From assembly GCA_001643675.2 (NCBI GenBank), contig LSRY02000022.1, forward strand, positions 1,302,001-1,366,000: a stretch of 64,000 nucleotides of DNA, given 5' to 3'. Each line of letters opens with the position of its first letter. Positions within the stretch are counted from its first letter, which is position 1. The DNA comes from Monocercomonoides exilis PA203 (lineage: Eukaryota; Protista; Preaxostyla). The notes beneath the pieces were generated by a model, which saw only the letters and a program-made list of their open reading frames with translations, was not told the origin of the DNA and did not search any database. Positions 13,682-25,029 of the stretch are shown here, piece after piece. The position numbers were made by a program, and so were the translations under genes.

Positions 13682-15989
13682 CAGTGAAAGTTTCTCTTAA
13701 AAATTGGGGGAAAAATATCATAAACAATCATCTGCTCGGAAACACAGACAAACCAAGAAATGTTTGTTTCGTTTATGTTGACTGCGAAAATGCAAAATGA
13801 AACCATAACAACATATAAATTCATTTTCGAAATATTTGTAGCGCAGTTGAATCAAAAGAATTAAAAACACCGTCAAATATCTAATAAAACAGGATTCCAA
13901 ACCTCTTTTGCCATCATGATTTTTGCTTCAAAACAAGCAAATCATAAAGAAGAAAAACAGATCTCCAAATCGAACAATTAATAAGGGTGGCAAACCTATA
14001 ATTTTATAAGTGAAGATTTTCGATTGATGATATGTTGAGATAAAAGTATGTTTGAGCTGCTTAGGTTTACTTCCACGGATGCAACCATGCGAGTTATTTC
14101 ACTGCAGAAGGGCAATAATTTTGTTAACAGATGGAGGAGCGAGTGGCTGTTTTCCAATATTGTTTGCGAAAAGTGAATAAGTGTGGGAAATTGCATGAAA
14201 CTTGAACTTAGCTGTATATTGCAAAACATATGGTGCAACATCGACTGTGATATTTTGAATGAAAAATAACTCAAGCAAGATGCAGAAAAAGCGAGCAGAA
14301 TGCAAGAAAGATTGAATTGAACCGCTTGTTCATTTCGAGGGAAATGTGTTTCACTTGGCATTTCTTTTGCTCAGGACTTATTTTTCATGGGCTTATTGGG
14401 GGGAAATTTTCTTTGTGGAAAAGGAAAGAGAATTGAGGGGTTGGATAATGGAGGAAGCGAACAGAACGAAGCACTCAGCAGGCCTTATCAACAATTTCAT
14501 TTGCATTTTACACGGAACGTGATGGAATGCTGTCAACAGAGACATGACATTGAATTGGGTTTTGAAAAGGAGCTTATTTGGAGAATATGTGTTTTCATCA
14601 GATATCGCAGCCAACTTCACAATGGATTCTAAGAACAAGAAAACCAGTTTGACAGACAATTACCAATCCCTTGGAGATGGGAAAATATTTCAAGACCAAA
14701 AAGATGGTTTGATTTTTTAATTTCATTCATTTTTCTTTTAAGATGTTCTTTGAATGAATACAGATTGGTTACGAACAGGAATACCGCAAAGAGAGAGAAG
14801 CCTTTTTATCCTTTTTCAAAAGAACAAGAAGTTTTGAGATTATTTTTGTTTGGATTGCATTCAACGATGACATTCGTCACTTCTGCCATCTGTTTTGATT
14901 GATGCATAACCCGACAATGCTTGATATGAGCTTGAAAGAGAGAGAAAAGCAGTTTATTTGGCTTATTTGTGAGAGTGTTCGGCAGAAGCGACTCTTTTGT
15001 AGGGGCTGATGATTTGGCTGGGCATTCGCATTCAGAGCACATTCAGTTTTTTCTATCGCGAAACATGACTTGGAAAAGAAGACATCTTCTATTTTTCTTC
15101 ACTTTTTCGTTCACCTTCTTCTTCTTTTTCTTCATCACATTTGTCCAAAGATGAATGGAATTCTCATATTCTGAATAGAATTGAATCAATTGCAAGCGTT
15201 ATTTCACCCCAACTTATGCAAAAATACAGACAAGTAATGAAAATGGGAAGGGAGAAAGAAGAGAACGAGAACGAGAACGAGAACGAGAATGAGAATGAAA
15301 AAGAAAAAGTGAAAGTGAAAGTGAAAGAAGGAAAGATGAAGAAAAAGAAATAGTTGTCAAAGAAGAAAGAAAAAAAGGGAAAAGATTTCACGATCAAGAG
15401 AAAGAAAAAGAGGAAGGGGAAGAGAAAGAGGAAGAGGAAGAAGAGGAAAATGATCGAATTTATTTTAGACTACAAACACTTAAAAAGATCAACGGAATGA
15501 GAGAATTTTCATTGACAAAAATAAAAAAAAAGATGATAAGAAGAAAAAACATCATAAAAACAAAACCACACTCGGAAAATCAAGCGAAGAAGTATATTTC
15601 TCCCTTGCCACTAATTCTCCGGATGCGTTGCTTGATCATTAACTTATGAGATTTTGAGGATATAAGAAGAAGAAGCGAAGGCAGAAGGAAAGGGAGAAGA
15701 AGGAAAACGAGAAAGAAGTTATATTTCATAAGATTATTTGTGCAAAGAGGGACAGAACTTTGACAGAGAAAAGAGAGATGGAGAGAAAAGAATAAACTGT
15801 CAAAGAGGAAGAAAGAAGGATAAAGATGAATGGAAATGAGGAAAAGGAAGAAATAAAGGAAAATTGAATTGAAAAAGATAAAGAGAAAAATTATCAAAAC
15901 GTATTTTCATGTTTCTATCAACAAAATAACAACTGTATTCTCAGAAAATTTTGTTTCCTTTAACTTTTCTCCATCGTCATCATCTTCCT

Positions 15990-16076
15990 CTTCGTTTATT
16001 TTTCTTCTTCTTCTCCACCTCAAAATAAATCAAAACCTCCTTCGCCTCCTCCTCCTCATCCTCTTCTTCTTCTTCC

Positions 16077-16111
<35 letters not shown>

Positions 16112-16170
16112 CTCTTCTTCTTCTTCCTCTTCCTCTTCCTCTTCCTCTTTTTCTTCTCATTTTTCTTTTT
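15990..16170. repeat. Low-complexity (TCT/TCC)n pyrimidine tract; similar purine tracts at 7470-7580 and 15250-15450
   Basis: Directly visible trinucleotide and hexanucleotide runs. Confidence 0.8.
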
Positions 16171-17714
16171 TTTCAGCACATACAAAATCTCCTCCTTCTC
16201 CTTCTCTTTCGGTTTTAGACGAAGCTTATCCTTTTTGAAACCATGCTCCCATTTTGTCTACTCTTTCTTCGATTTCTTCTGCTTCTTCTCATGTTTATTC
16301 TCCTCTTCCTTTTCCTCTTCTATCTCCTCCAGCCCCGCCTCCACTAGCCTCCTTAGAAATAACTTCCCTTCTACACATGCTGCTATCACTCGCTCCATCA
16401 CATCGTCATCCAGCTTCACTACTGCACGCCTCGACTTCTGCTAAAGGGATTACAGCAGTGCAACCTCCGACGGAAGCAACGACGGGTCAAACAGATCGTA
16501 GATCGACGGGAACGCATCCACATCTGCAGCTGCAAAGATCCGCTTCCTCCCCAACTTTGTGCCCACCGACGCTGCAAGCGACGGAAGAGGTATCGCCAGC
16601 GGAACCGAAAGCATTGCTGAAAATTCCGCATCGTGTGTATACGCGACATCCCCACACAGCACCTCCAGCTGCGTCGCGCCATATCCCTCGAAGCATCTAC
16701 AGCGCTCTCAATAATGACTTCTTATGATTTGCGCACACATCACATTCTTCAGGCAACACTATCTGAATCCGTCTCTCAATGTCGTCCATCGCTGCTTCCG
16801 AAGTGTATGACTCTGTTACTGTCGACGCATACAAAGGGTCAATCGCAGTTGCTGAAAATACTGAAGATAACTGCTAATCTCCTGTTGCCTTCTTCTCTTC
16901 GCTTCTCCGCTTCCTGAATGGCGAAGTTGATCGGAGTGCTGCTCCAGTTGAAGAAGCGGAAGATGCGGAATTAGATGAAATAAAGTGAAGAAGATAAAGA
17001 TGCTGTGCAAAGAGACGATCGACGCTCAGTTCAAGTCATTCGATGCATTTTTAGATTATTCATTCGCGTCAGACAGATGCTCCACTGGCGACACAAATGC
17101 AACATCTTCATTCGGTTCTGAAAGGTTGATCAACATCGAAAGATTTTCATTTTTGAGCGATAGAGAGAAAGATGGAATGCAATTTCTTTTGGTAATGCAT
17201 TGAAAAAATAAACAAAAAGAAAAGCGAAAAACAAATGAAAAAACAAAAACAGCTGAAGAAATGAAACAAAACTGATCTTCAAATGAAAAACGATTGTTAA
17301 ATTGTATTTCAATGTAATTATTTTTATGTTCAGATTGATTATGTTTCTTTTCTTTCTTTCTATTTTTTTTATTCATGAAAACGCGCGATATTTTTTATCC
17401 TTTTGGAAAAAATTTATTGTTTTGAATTGTTTTTGCAGAGTCATTGGAAGAAATAATTGAAACAAACCAGAAAAGTTAAAATGGTGTATTGATAATAGAA
17501 AATCAATTGAATTGAACGAAAAAATGTTGATGATGAATTATAATTGGTGTGTGAAATGAAACAAATCTTTGAATTACATTTCAACAAATAATCACACATT
17601 CAATGCGATTAATGAGGAAGAAAAGATAAGAAAAACACTATGATATTCACAAATATATGCTTTATGAAATGAAAATAAAGCAAAATTGCTCTGAAAGAAT
17701 TGGAAATCTCAATT

Positions 17715-20186
17715 CTACTCCTGGGTGCTCATTTCTTGTTCTTTGCTTCCCTCGTTGTCTCCATCTTTGTTGCTTTTGGCCTTCTTTTTCTTGACAATCA
17801 CAATAACAACAACAATCACAACAACTGCAACAACAACAACAACAACTATTGGAACAACAATTGCAACAACAGTTCCAGCATTTGGTTTCTTATCTTCTGG
17901 AGAAAGATCTTCTGTCTTCTTCAAATATTTCTCATACACATCAGTTGGTTCTGATTCTTCATCTTTTGCTCCCACAATCCAGCCGGCTGTTGAATTGTCA
18001 TAATCATTCGCAAACTCAAATGCATCTTTTTGTTTGCAGAATTCTTCAAAATCTGGGGCAACGATGAACAGAGAAGTTGATTTTGAGCCAGCTGTGTTTG
18101 AGCTGTCTATCTCCAGGTTGTTTGATGATGGAAGCTGAAGATTCGATGTTGCATTGAGCATGGAAATAAATATTGCTCCTGATTTCCCTTCTGGTGCTGA
18201 ACATGACTTGAATGAACATTTGCTTGACCTTCCAATAGCCACTGTTGACTCTTCCGAACTCAAAGAAATCTCCAAGCCAGCTGTATTTCCATTCTTTGAA
18301 TTGGCTTCACGAATGTTCAATCCCTCAACAACAATTTTCCCGGCTTCGACTCCTGGATCCGAAATATAAATTGCAGAATCGTCTGAAAATTTGACATTGC
18401 TGATCTCCACTCCATTCGCAGACGCTTCTATTACCTCTTTAAAAGTAAATGGCGATGTCAAAAACGAAACTGTTTTTCCATCATCTGTGCATGCGACAGT
18501 GTTCAACGAAACTTTCCCCCTCCAAACGCTCACAAGACTGCCTACAACAACATCATCCCCATCAGCATTTATCGTCATTTTCTCTGGCAATTGGGCTGCA
18601 ACTCTAACAAATCGGCAATTGTTGATCGTGAGTGAGGTTGACATCATATTTCCTAAAATCAAAAAATTCCATTTTTTCTCTGATGTGGGAAAGTTGAATG
18701 CCAAATACTTGAATTCCACTTCTTTTTCACATGTGAATAAAGCACTTGAAGCTCGAACATCGCAATCAATAGCCACTTCTGCATTTCCATTTCCGTCGCT
18801 GTTCACTCCTTCAATGATTATTCCACGGCTCTTGCTAAATGTAATTACTTCAGCTTCAAGTGGATCGTCGGATTTTAATATTGCAATTCTAAATGTATCT
18901 TCTCTTGCGATCATTCCCAACAATTCGTTGGCCTCCTTCAAACTGAAAATTGGTCTTTCCAAGCTTTCACCATTCCCAGTGCCTCCAGACTTCGCATAAA
19001 TCTTTGAAGCATCTTGCGATGGAGGCAGTAAAGGATCTAAATACTTGGATACAAAATCAATTTCTTCGTAGTTATTATTTTCAATTCCAGCTACATTCCA
19101 CTTGTTACCTCTTCGTGTGTAATTAGCTGCAAAACTCTTCTTCATTGCATCTGCAATGTCTTCGAATAATGAGTCATTAGCCATCTCTAAACACAACCCA
19201 ACGTTCCTTTTTGATTCGCTTTCTCCTGCTGTGCATCTGTCAAATATCAGATTCGTTCCGTCTTCGGGCCATTTAATCTGACTTGCTGATTCAATTGCAA
19301 GCGTTCGTAGATATATTCCTCCAGAACCTTGATTATTCTTGCAACTGCAAGATGAAAAAGTGGTGACGCCTTCATCTCCAACGGTAAATGTGCTTTCGCC
19401 ATTTTTGAAGCTAACATACAATGATCCGTAACGAAATGCTTCGCATTCAATAAAATTGCTTCCATTCAATGTGACATCACATTTATTGTTACATGTGATC
19501 TGAATAACAGATAACGCACTTGTCTCAACTTTCTTCAAAGTTATATTTGACAATATCACTGTTTGAGTGTCATGTGCCATAAACAGTTCGTTCTCCGATG
19601 CTAATGCAGTTGATTCATCCGCGCACTCAACTGAGACCATCGTCAATGATCCTTCAGATGAGTACACAAGATAAATATCAGTGAAACATCCTTCACCTTC
19701 TGGCCGAATAAATCTGCAGTTGCTAATTGACAAGGATGCCATAGAACTGTGTATCAAATCAAACGATCCATACTCTTGGCTTTCATTTCTCATCGTTGTT
19801 GGGAAGTGAAACGCCAAGTATTTGAATTCCACATCACAATAGCAATTAAATAGATTACTTCCTGTATGAACGTAACAATCTATTGCCACTTCAGTGTTCC
19901 CATTTCCATCGCTATTCACTCCTTCGATCGTAATTCCTTTGTTCTTTTCGAAGGTTATCGCTTCTGCAGTCAATGGGTTATCGTCATAAACAATTTTCAT
20001 GTGGCATGCGCTGTCATTGGTCAGCAGATTATATGCATCTATCAATGATGGCTTTTCCTTCCTAATCTCCAATCCGCTGTTTTCATCTTTCCCGCTTTGC
20101 TTCACATATACTGTTGATGTTGCTGATGACTCTTCTTGTGAGTAAATAGATATCATAATTTTGAAAAGAATTAATCCCAAAAACAT
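17715..20186 (-). CDS. Type I single-pass membrane/surface protein, about 823 aa, with two internal ~375-aa repeats
   Basis: Intronless long ORF. Hydrophobic N-terminus (MFLGLILFKIMISIYS), duplicated block PL.AE.ITF....GI.IEGVNSDGNGN.EVAIDC, poly-Val TM followed by KKKK, short tail. ATG at 20186 preferred over the GTG at 20198. Confidence 0.9.
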   Translation of the reverse strand: MFLGLILFKIMISIYSQEESSATSTVYVKQSGKDENSGLEIRKEKPSLIDAYNLLTNDSACHMKIVYDDNPLTAEAITFEKNKGITIEGVNSDGNGNTEVAIDCYVHTGSNLFNCYCDVEFKYLAFHFPTTMRNESQEYGSFDLIHSSMASLSISNCRFIRPEGEGCFTDIYLVYSSEGSLTMVSVECADESTALASENELFMAHDTQTVILSNITLKKVETSALSVIQITCNNKCDVTLNGSNFIECEAFRYGSLYVSFKNGESTFTVGDEGVTTFSSCSCKNNQGSGGIYLRTLAIESASQIKWPEDGTNLIFDRCTAGESESKRNVGLCLEMANDSLFEDIADAMKKSFAANYTRRGNKWNVAGIENNNYEEIDFVSKYLDPLLPPSQDASKIYAKSGGTGNGESLERPIFSLKEANELLGMIAREDTFRIAILKSDDPLEAEVITFSKSRGIIIEGVNSDGNGNAEVAIDCDVRASSALFTCEKEVEFKYLAFNFPTSEKKWNFLILGNMMSTSLTINNCRFVRVAAQLPEKMTINADGDDVVVGSLVSVWRGKVSLNTVACTDDGKTVSFLTSPFTFKEVIEASANGVEISNVKFSDDSAIYISDPGVEAGKIVVEGLNIREANSKNGNTAGLEISLSSEESTVAIGRSSKCSFKSCSAPEGKSGAIFISMLNATSNLQLPSSNNLEIDSSNTAGSKSTSLFIVAPDFEEFCKQKDAFEFANDYDNSTAGWIVGAKDEESEPTDVYEKYLKKTEDLSPEDKKPNAGTVVAIVVPIVVVVVVAVVVIVVVIVIVKKKKAKSNKDGDNEGSKEQEMSTQE

Positions 20187-22199
20187 TCTTAAAAGCACTT
20201 TTCAATAAAACACTATTTTGATCAATTTTTATATAACTTTGATATAGATCAGTGAAAAAGTTTTTGAATCTCTTTTCAAAGAATAATACTATTTTAAGCA
20301 ACGAATAAATAAGAAATAATATGACATAATTATTCAAAGCAAACTTATTTTATACAACAAATGTCAAATCAATGAAAAAACATTTATATGAAATATTGTT
20401 TGTTTGTTTAATAACGTTTTTTTCTTTAACTTTATAAGTGATGAAGTCAATGTTCAAAAAATTTAGAAATCTATCGCTTTTACACAGGATCAGCAATTTG
20501 ACACTCCCAAATTTCAAAACTGGCACTGAAGTTTTATTGCTCCCAACAACACTTCTTTGAAAATATAAATGTCTTCCATTGGTTCCAAAACAGGGAACTT
20601 TATATGAAACTGAAGATTAATTATATTTTTCATTAAAAAAAATTTTTTTTTTCAATTTTAACTTTGTTGGACAATAAATATATTAGCTCTTGCATGTTTG
20701 TTTTCAAACGGTTTCAAAACTGATGAAATAATTGAAAAACCATTCAACTACATAGAAAACTGTAAGAAAATGTTTCTTTGCACATCTAAAACACTTCTGA
20801 ACAACAATAAAGATGCAGTCAACAGCAAATTGAACAAATGATTAATCGCTTTTCATTTCATATTCTTTTTTTTCTTCTTGCTTTTTCTTTTTCAAGAAGT
20901 AGTTTTCATGAGCCTTCTTTTTTTTGTGTGTGTGATTATTGGAGAAATGCATCTTGTCATCATTCAAACGTGTCTCACTCTTGAAGCTGTTAAACGTTTT
21001 GCTTTCCCCTTGTTTTTAATGATTGATTCTTTAAATTTTTCTTCTTCAAATGCATCTTTATCATCTTGAAGAATATCCAGCATACTTCTTTTTTCTGATT
21101 TGGTGTGTAATTATGGATTTTCAAGCTTTTTATGTCCAAAGCATGAAAAAATAGTTTCACTTATTACATTTTTCAACTTCACCAGATTTCAAAAAATTTT
21201 TGATTTTCATAACTGTAAACAAACATCATTGACATAATAACATTATATTTTGTGACCTCACATGCATTTCAAAAAAGAAACTAATTTTATTTTGTTGCGT
21301 TAATCTCAAAAATTTAATCTTATATGAATAATTATTCAATGAAAATTCCTGAAGTCTAATATTTTGTTGCAAATAAGAAATAATCTGATTTATTTGTTTC
21401 ATTGATCATCCTTATTCATTGTCGCAATTTGAATTATTAAGAAAATCAATGAATTAAATAAGTTAGAACTATGTCTTTAAAATAAGAACTCTTTTCTTTC
21501 GTGATAACATTTTCTTATTAATAATAATATTTTTTCTTTCAAAACGTCGAAAGTTGGATAATCAAAACATTTTTTAATTGTTTCGATTGATTTCTTCACT
21601 TGGCTGATCCTTTTTGAAATCATAAAAAATTCCGACGTTTGATCATAAAAAATTTTCATTAAGTGTGGGGTTGATAAGAAAAAATTTTTGTTAAATAATT
21701 CAAAAATCTGCATTCATATATTGTTAATATAATTTATTTGTTCGTTTAAAATTGTTTGCAATTGTTGTTATTTCAAATTTTGAAAAAAATATAAAAAATT
21801 TATTGGAAAACATCGATAATTCAATAAACACAACAAAACATTTTTTTTATCATTAATATAACATGAAAACAACAATAACAATATGAAATCAATAATTATT
21901 TAATATGAAAATTAGTTTAATGAGTTATTACAAAGAAATTTTAAAAATGAAATTGAAGATTCTAAAACATTTGTTGAAAACAAACAATTTTCATTTACAC
22001 AAATGAAAAATATAATAGTTAAACTAGATATTTATCAGATATGCAACAATTAGAAGTTGATATTAGCTTGGAAATAAATAATACTTTAAAGAAGTTATTT
22101 TTATAAATTGATCAAAATTATTTTTTGAAATTACAAAGAAATAATGAAAAATTAAAGAAAATACAAAAACATCTGCTTTTTTCACTCAAAAAGGCCACA

Positions 22200-22885
22200 A
22201 CTGTAATGACCTCATCTTTCACATCCTCTGTTATTCTTTTTTCCATCCTTCCACAATTCAATCTTCTGCCTCCTTGAAGGGTTCCTTGCTGCATCATCAT
22301 TCCTCTATTCTCTTTAGAATCAGCTTCACTCCCTCAACTCCACTCTGCTTTGTGCAAATAAAAGAACCATTCGCCTCTTCGACATATCATCCAATTTCCT
22401 TTGCATCCCCCACCCGGCTCCTTGCGCTCTCAACGCTTTTTCCCTCATTCTCTTCCGCACCATCATCTCCACACTTTGTGCGGCCTCTCAAATTCTTGTG
22501 CTCAATGCTGACTCTGGTTGCTTTCCCGAGCATCTTCTCTCCAAATATCTCATTATTGCAGCAGAAAACATTATTCTTCTCTATCTCCTGAGCAATCACA
22601 TATTCTTCTCTTCCTTTTCACCAAAAAAGTGAGAAAATTCATTAAGAATTATTCACTCCGTTTTTGACTTCCCTCTCGAATGTCTTGCTTTGAATAAGCG
22701 TTCGTATCATCATCCATGAATTCACCAACAAAAGCAATGCTATGAAAAATAACCGCTTTTTCTGTGGATTCCTCATTTGCTCTTCTCATTCCAAACTCAG
22801 CATTGCATCTCTTTGAGGAGGTGAAGGGAAGCTCCAAAACTTCTGTCTGAATTAACAACCGTGAATGTTCCCTCAACTGTATCAC
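22200..22885 (-). pseudogene. Possible degenerate coding fragment of unknown family
   Basis: Purine-rich, coding-like composition on the minus strand, broken into short ORFs (22649-22885, 22387-22599). Confidence 0.3.
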
Positions 22886-23995
22886 ATCTCAGCACTCTTC
22901 CGCTCTCTTCGAATCTGCACTTAAAAACTCTCGTGAAAAAAGCAATTGACAGGATGGCTCAGACATCCAAGGATTGCTTCTTTCTTCATTGCGGCGTGTT
23001 GTTCAGGTCAATCAACACATTACTCTTCAAACTTCTTTCATTTTTCTTTTCATTTTCATTGTTTTTCAAATATCTTCAATTTATTTTCTCTTCTTATTTC
23101 TTTCTTTTTCTCTGCAAAACAATTACTTCTATCTCTTTGTCCTTATTCTCTTCAAGAACAATTGAAATATTCTTCTCATTTTCAACAATTTTGTTTTCTT
23201 CAGAAATACCCTCTTTCATTCTAATAAAACATCTTATTCAGAAGCAAAAAATGTGAAAATTCAACAAATGAAACGATAGATGATGATTATTGAGTGTGAT
23301 ATGATGTTTGTGGATATAAAGAAGAAGAAGATGATGATGAAGATGAAGAAGAAGAAGAAAATCTTCATATGCTGAAAATCGGTGAATTTGAGGAAGATAA
23401 AGGCGGTTTTGCAATGAAAATGATGTGTGTCGCATTTGAACACGTTTAAGCAGCTATCTCTTTCTCTTCCTCAGGAGAAAAAGATGAATCCACAAAAGAG
23501 CAGCAAATTTCGGAACAGAAACATTCAGCTTTACAGCAATCAATAAACCATGAAGATTACTAAATGGAAGATGACACAAAAGAAGATAAAATAATTGTTG
23601 CTTTGTTGTTTCAGATGTTGCTCCTTGAAATTATCAAGATAAGAATGAATATGACTTTTTATTCAACACTTCTTTGAACGACTCTGGTGCATGTGTGTTC
23701 GCTGCAACCTTCTCAGTCTCTTCTTCAGCTTTCTATTTCACACTCTCTTCTTTTAATCATCCTCGCGTGTATCTTTTTCTTTCTTCTTTTCCATTGTTGA
23801 CTCTCTCTTTCTCTCTCTCTCGCTAAAACTCAAAGCAGCTGAAACAGTTAAACATTGAAATATTCATGTTCTTCTTCCTCCTCTTTTGACATTTTGAGAA
23901 TGACAACATTCATGTTTACTTTTTTTCTCCTTCTTTTTTGTTTTGAGTGCACTTTCTTTCAGTATTTCATCTAAAAAGCTTTCAAATTAAACTTC

Positions 23996-25026
23996 CTATC
24001 TGTTTAAAACCAGATCTTTTCGAATTCGCAGCGCCTTCATTATCCAAACAACAAGAGGCGATTCGAAATGTCCCTTCATCAACACCTTCCTCTTGTTCGC
24101 TTCACTTTCGAAGTTCGATTCGCTTATATAAATCTTCATCTTTGTCAGATTTGAGATAAACGCCTTTCTCTTCTTCTTGACCTGCTCCAGCTCCTTCTTC
24201 TGCTCGTCTTCGAGCTTTTCCCGCTCTTTCTCTGAATTCTCCCACTCTTCCTCCAGAGACTCCTTTCTCTTCTTCACTGCCTCTTCCTTCTGCATCTTCT
24301 CCATCTTCAGCTGTATCGCTTTCTCTTCCTCAATTCGATCGATGCGGCTTGGAATGGTTGACAATTTTGGCTCGGGAAAGCAAAATAGGCAAAGGAATGG
24401 GGTGATTCATTTGATAAGTGGGAGTTTGAATGTAGGTGGAAGAAGGAGAAAAGATCACATTGAAAGAGGGGGAAAAGTGATTGATGTGAAAAAGACAAAG
24501 CATTGGCAATCTGATTGTTATCAGATGAAATTGGTTCTGATGGAAGAAGGAGATGATGAAGATAATGAAGAAGAAGAGAAGGATGTTGATGCAGTTGATT
24601 GAAGTGTTTATTGAAGCGTTGACTGAGGAGTCTGATTTATTCCAACTAACGTTGCGTAATGACATTTTGTTTGTGAAAAGATGATCTGTTTATTCTAAAT
24701 GATTCTCTTTCATTTTCTTCTCTCAGCTCCCTTTCTTTCATTCAACTCAGTTTTTCGTTTGTTTTCTTCTTCGATTTCAACAAGAACTCCTTTCTCTCCT
24801 TCTTCCTTTCGTTCTCCTCCTCTTCCACTCCTCTCACCACATCCACATCTTTCACTTCCTCCTCAAACCACTTGCCATCTACAAGCGGAATATCGCCAGC
24901 TGACATCAGAGTCAGTATCCTTTCAGGTGCCAGCGATAAAAACAGCGAAAGATAATCTGTGTTCTTCTTCTCCTCTTTCCTCGTCTTTATCCCTTCCAAT
25001 GTCTCACGAAAGTAGTTTCTTGGAGC
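23996..25026 (-). pseudogene. Degenerate K/E-rich coiled-coil gene whose 5' part ends at the satellite junction
   Basis: Consecutive minus-strand ORF pieces (24742-24999, 24330-24665, 23996-24364) are separated by stops and frameshifts. The first frame is open up to 25026 (APRNYFRETLEGIK...). Confidence 0.5.
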
Positions 25027-25029
25027 CTA

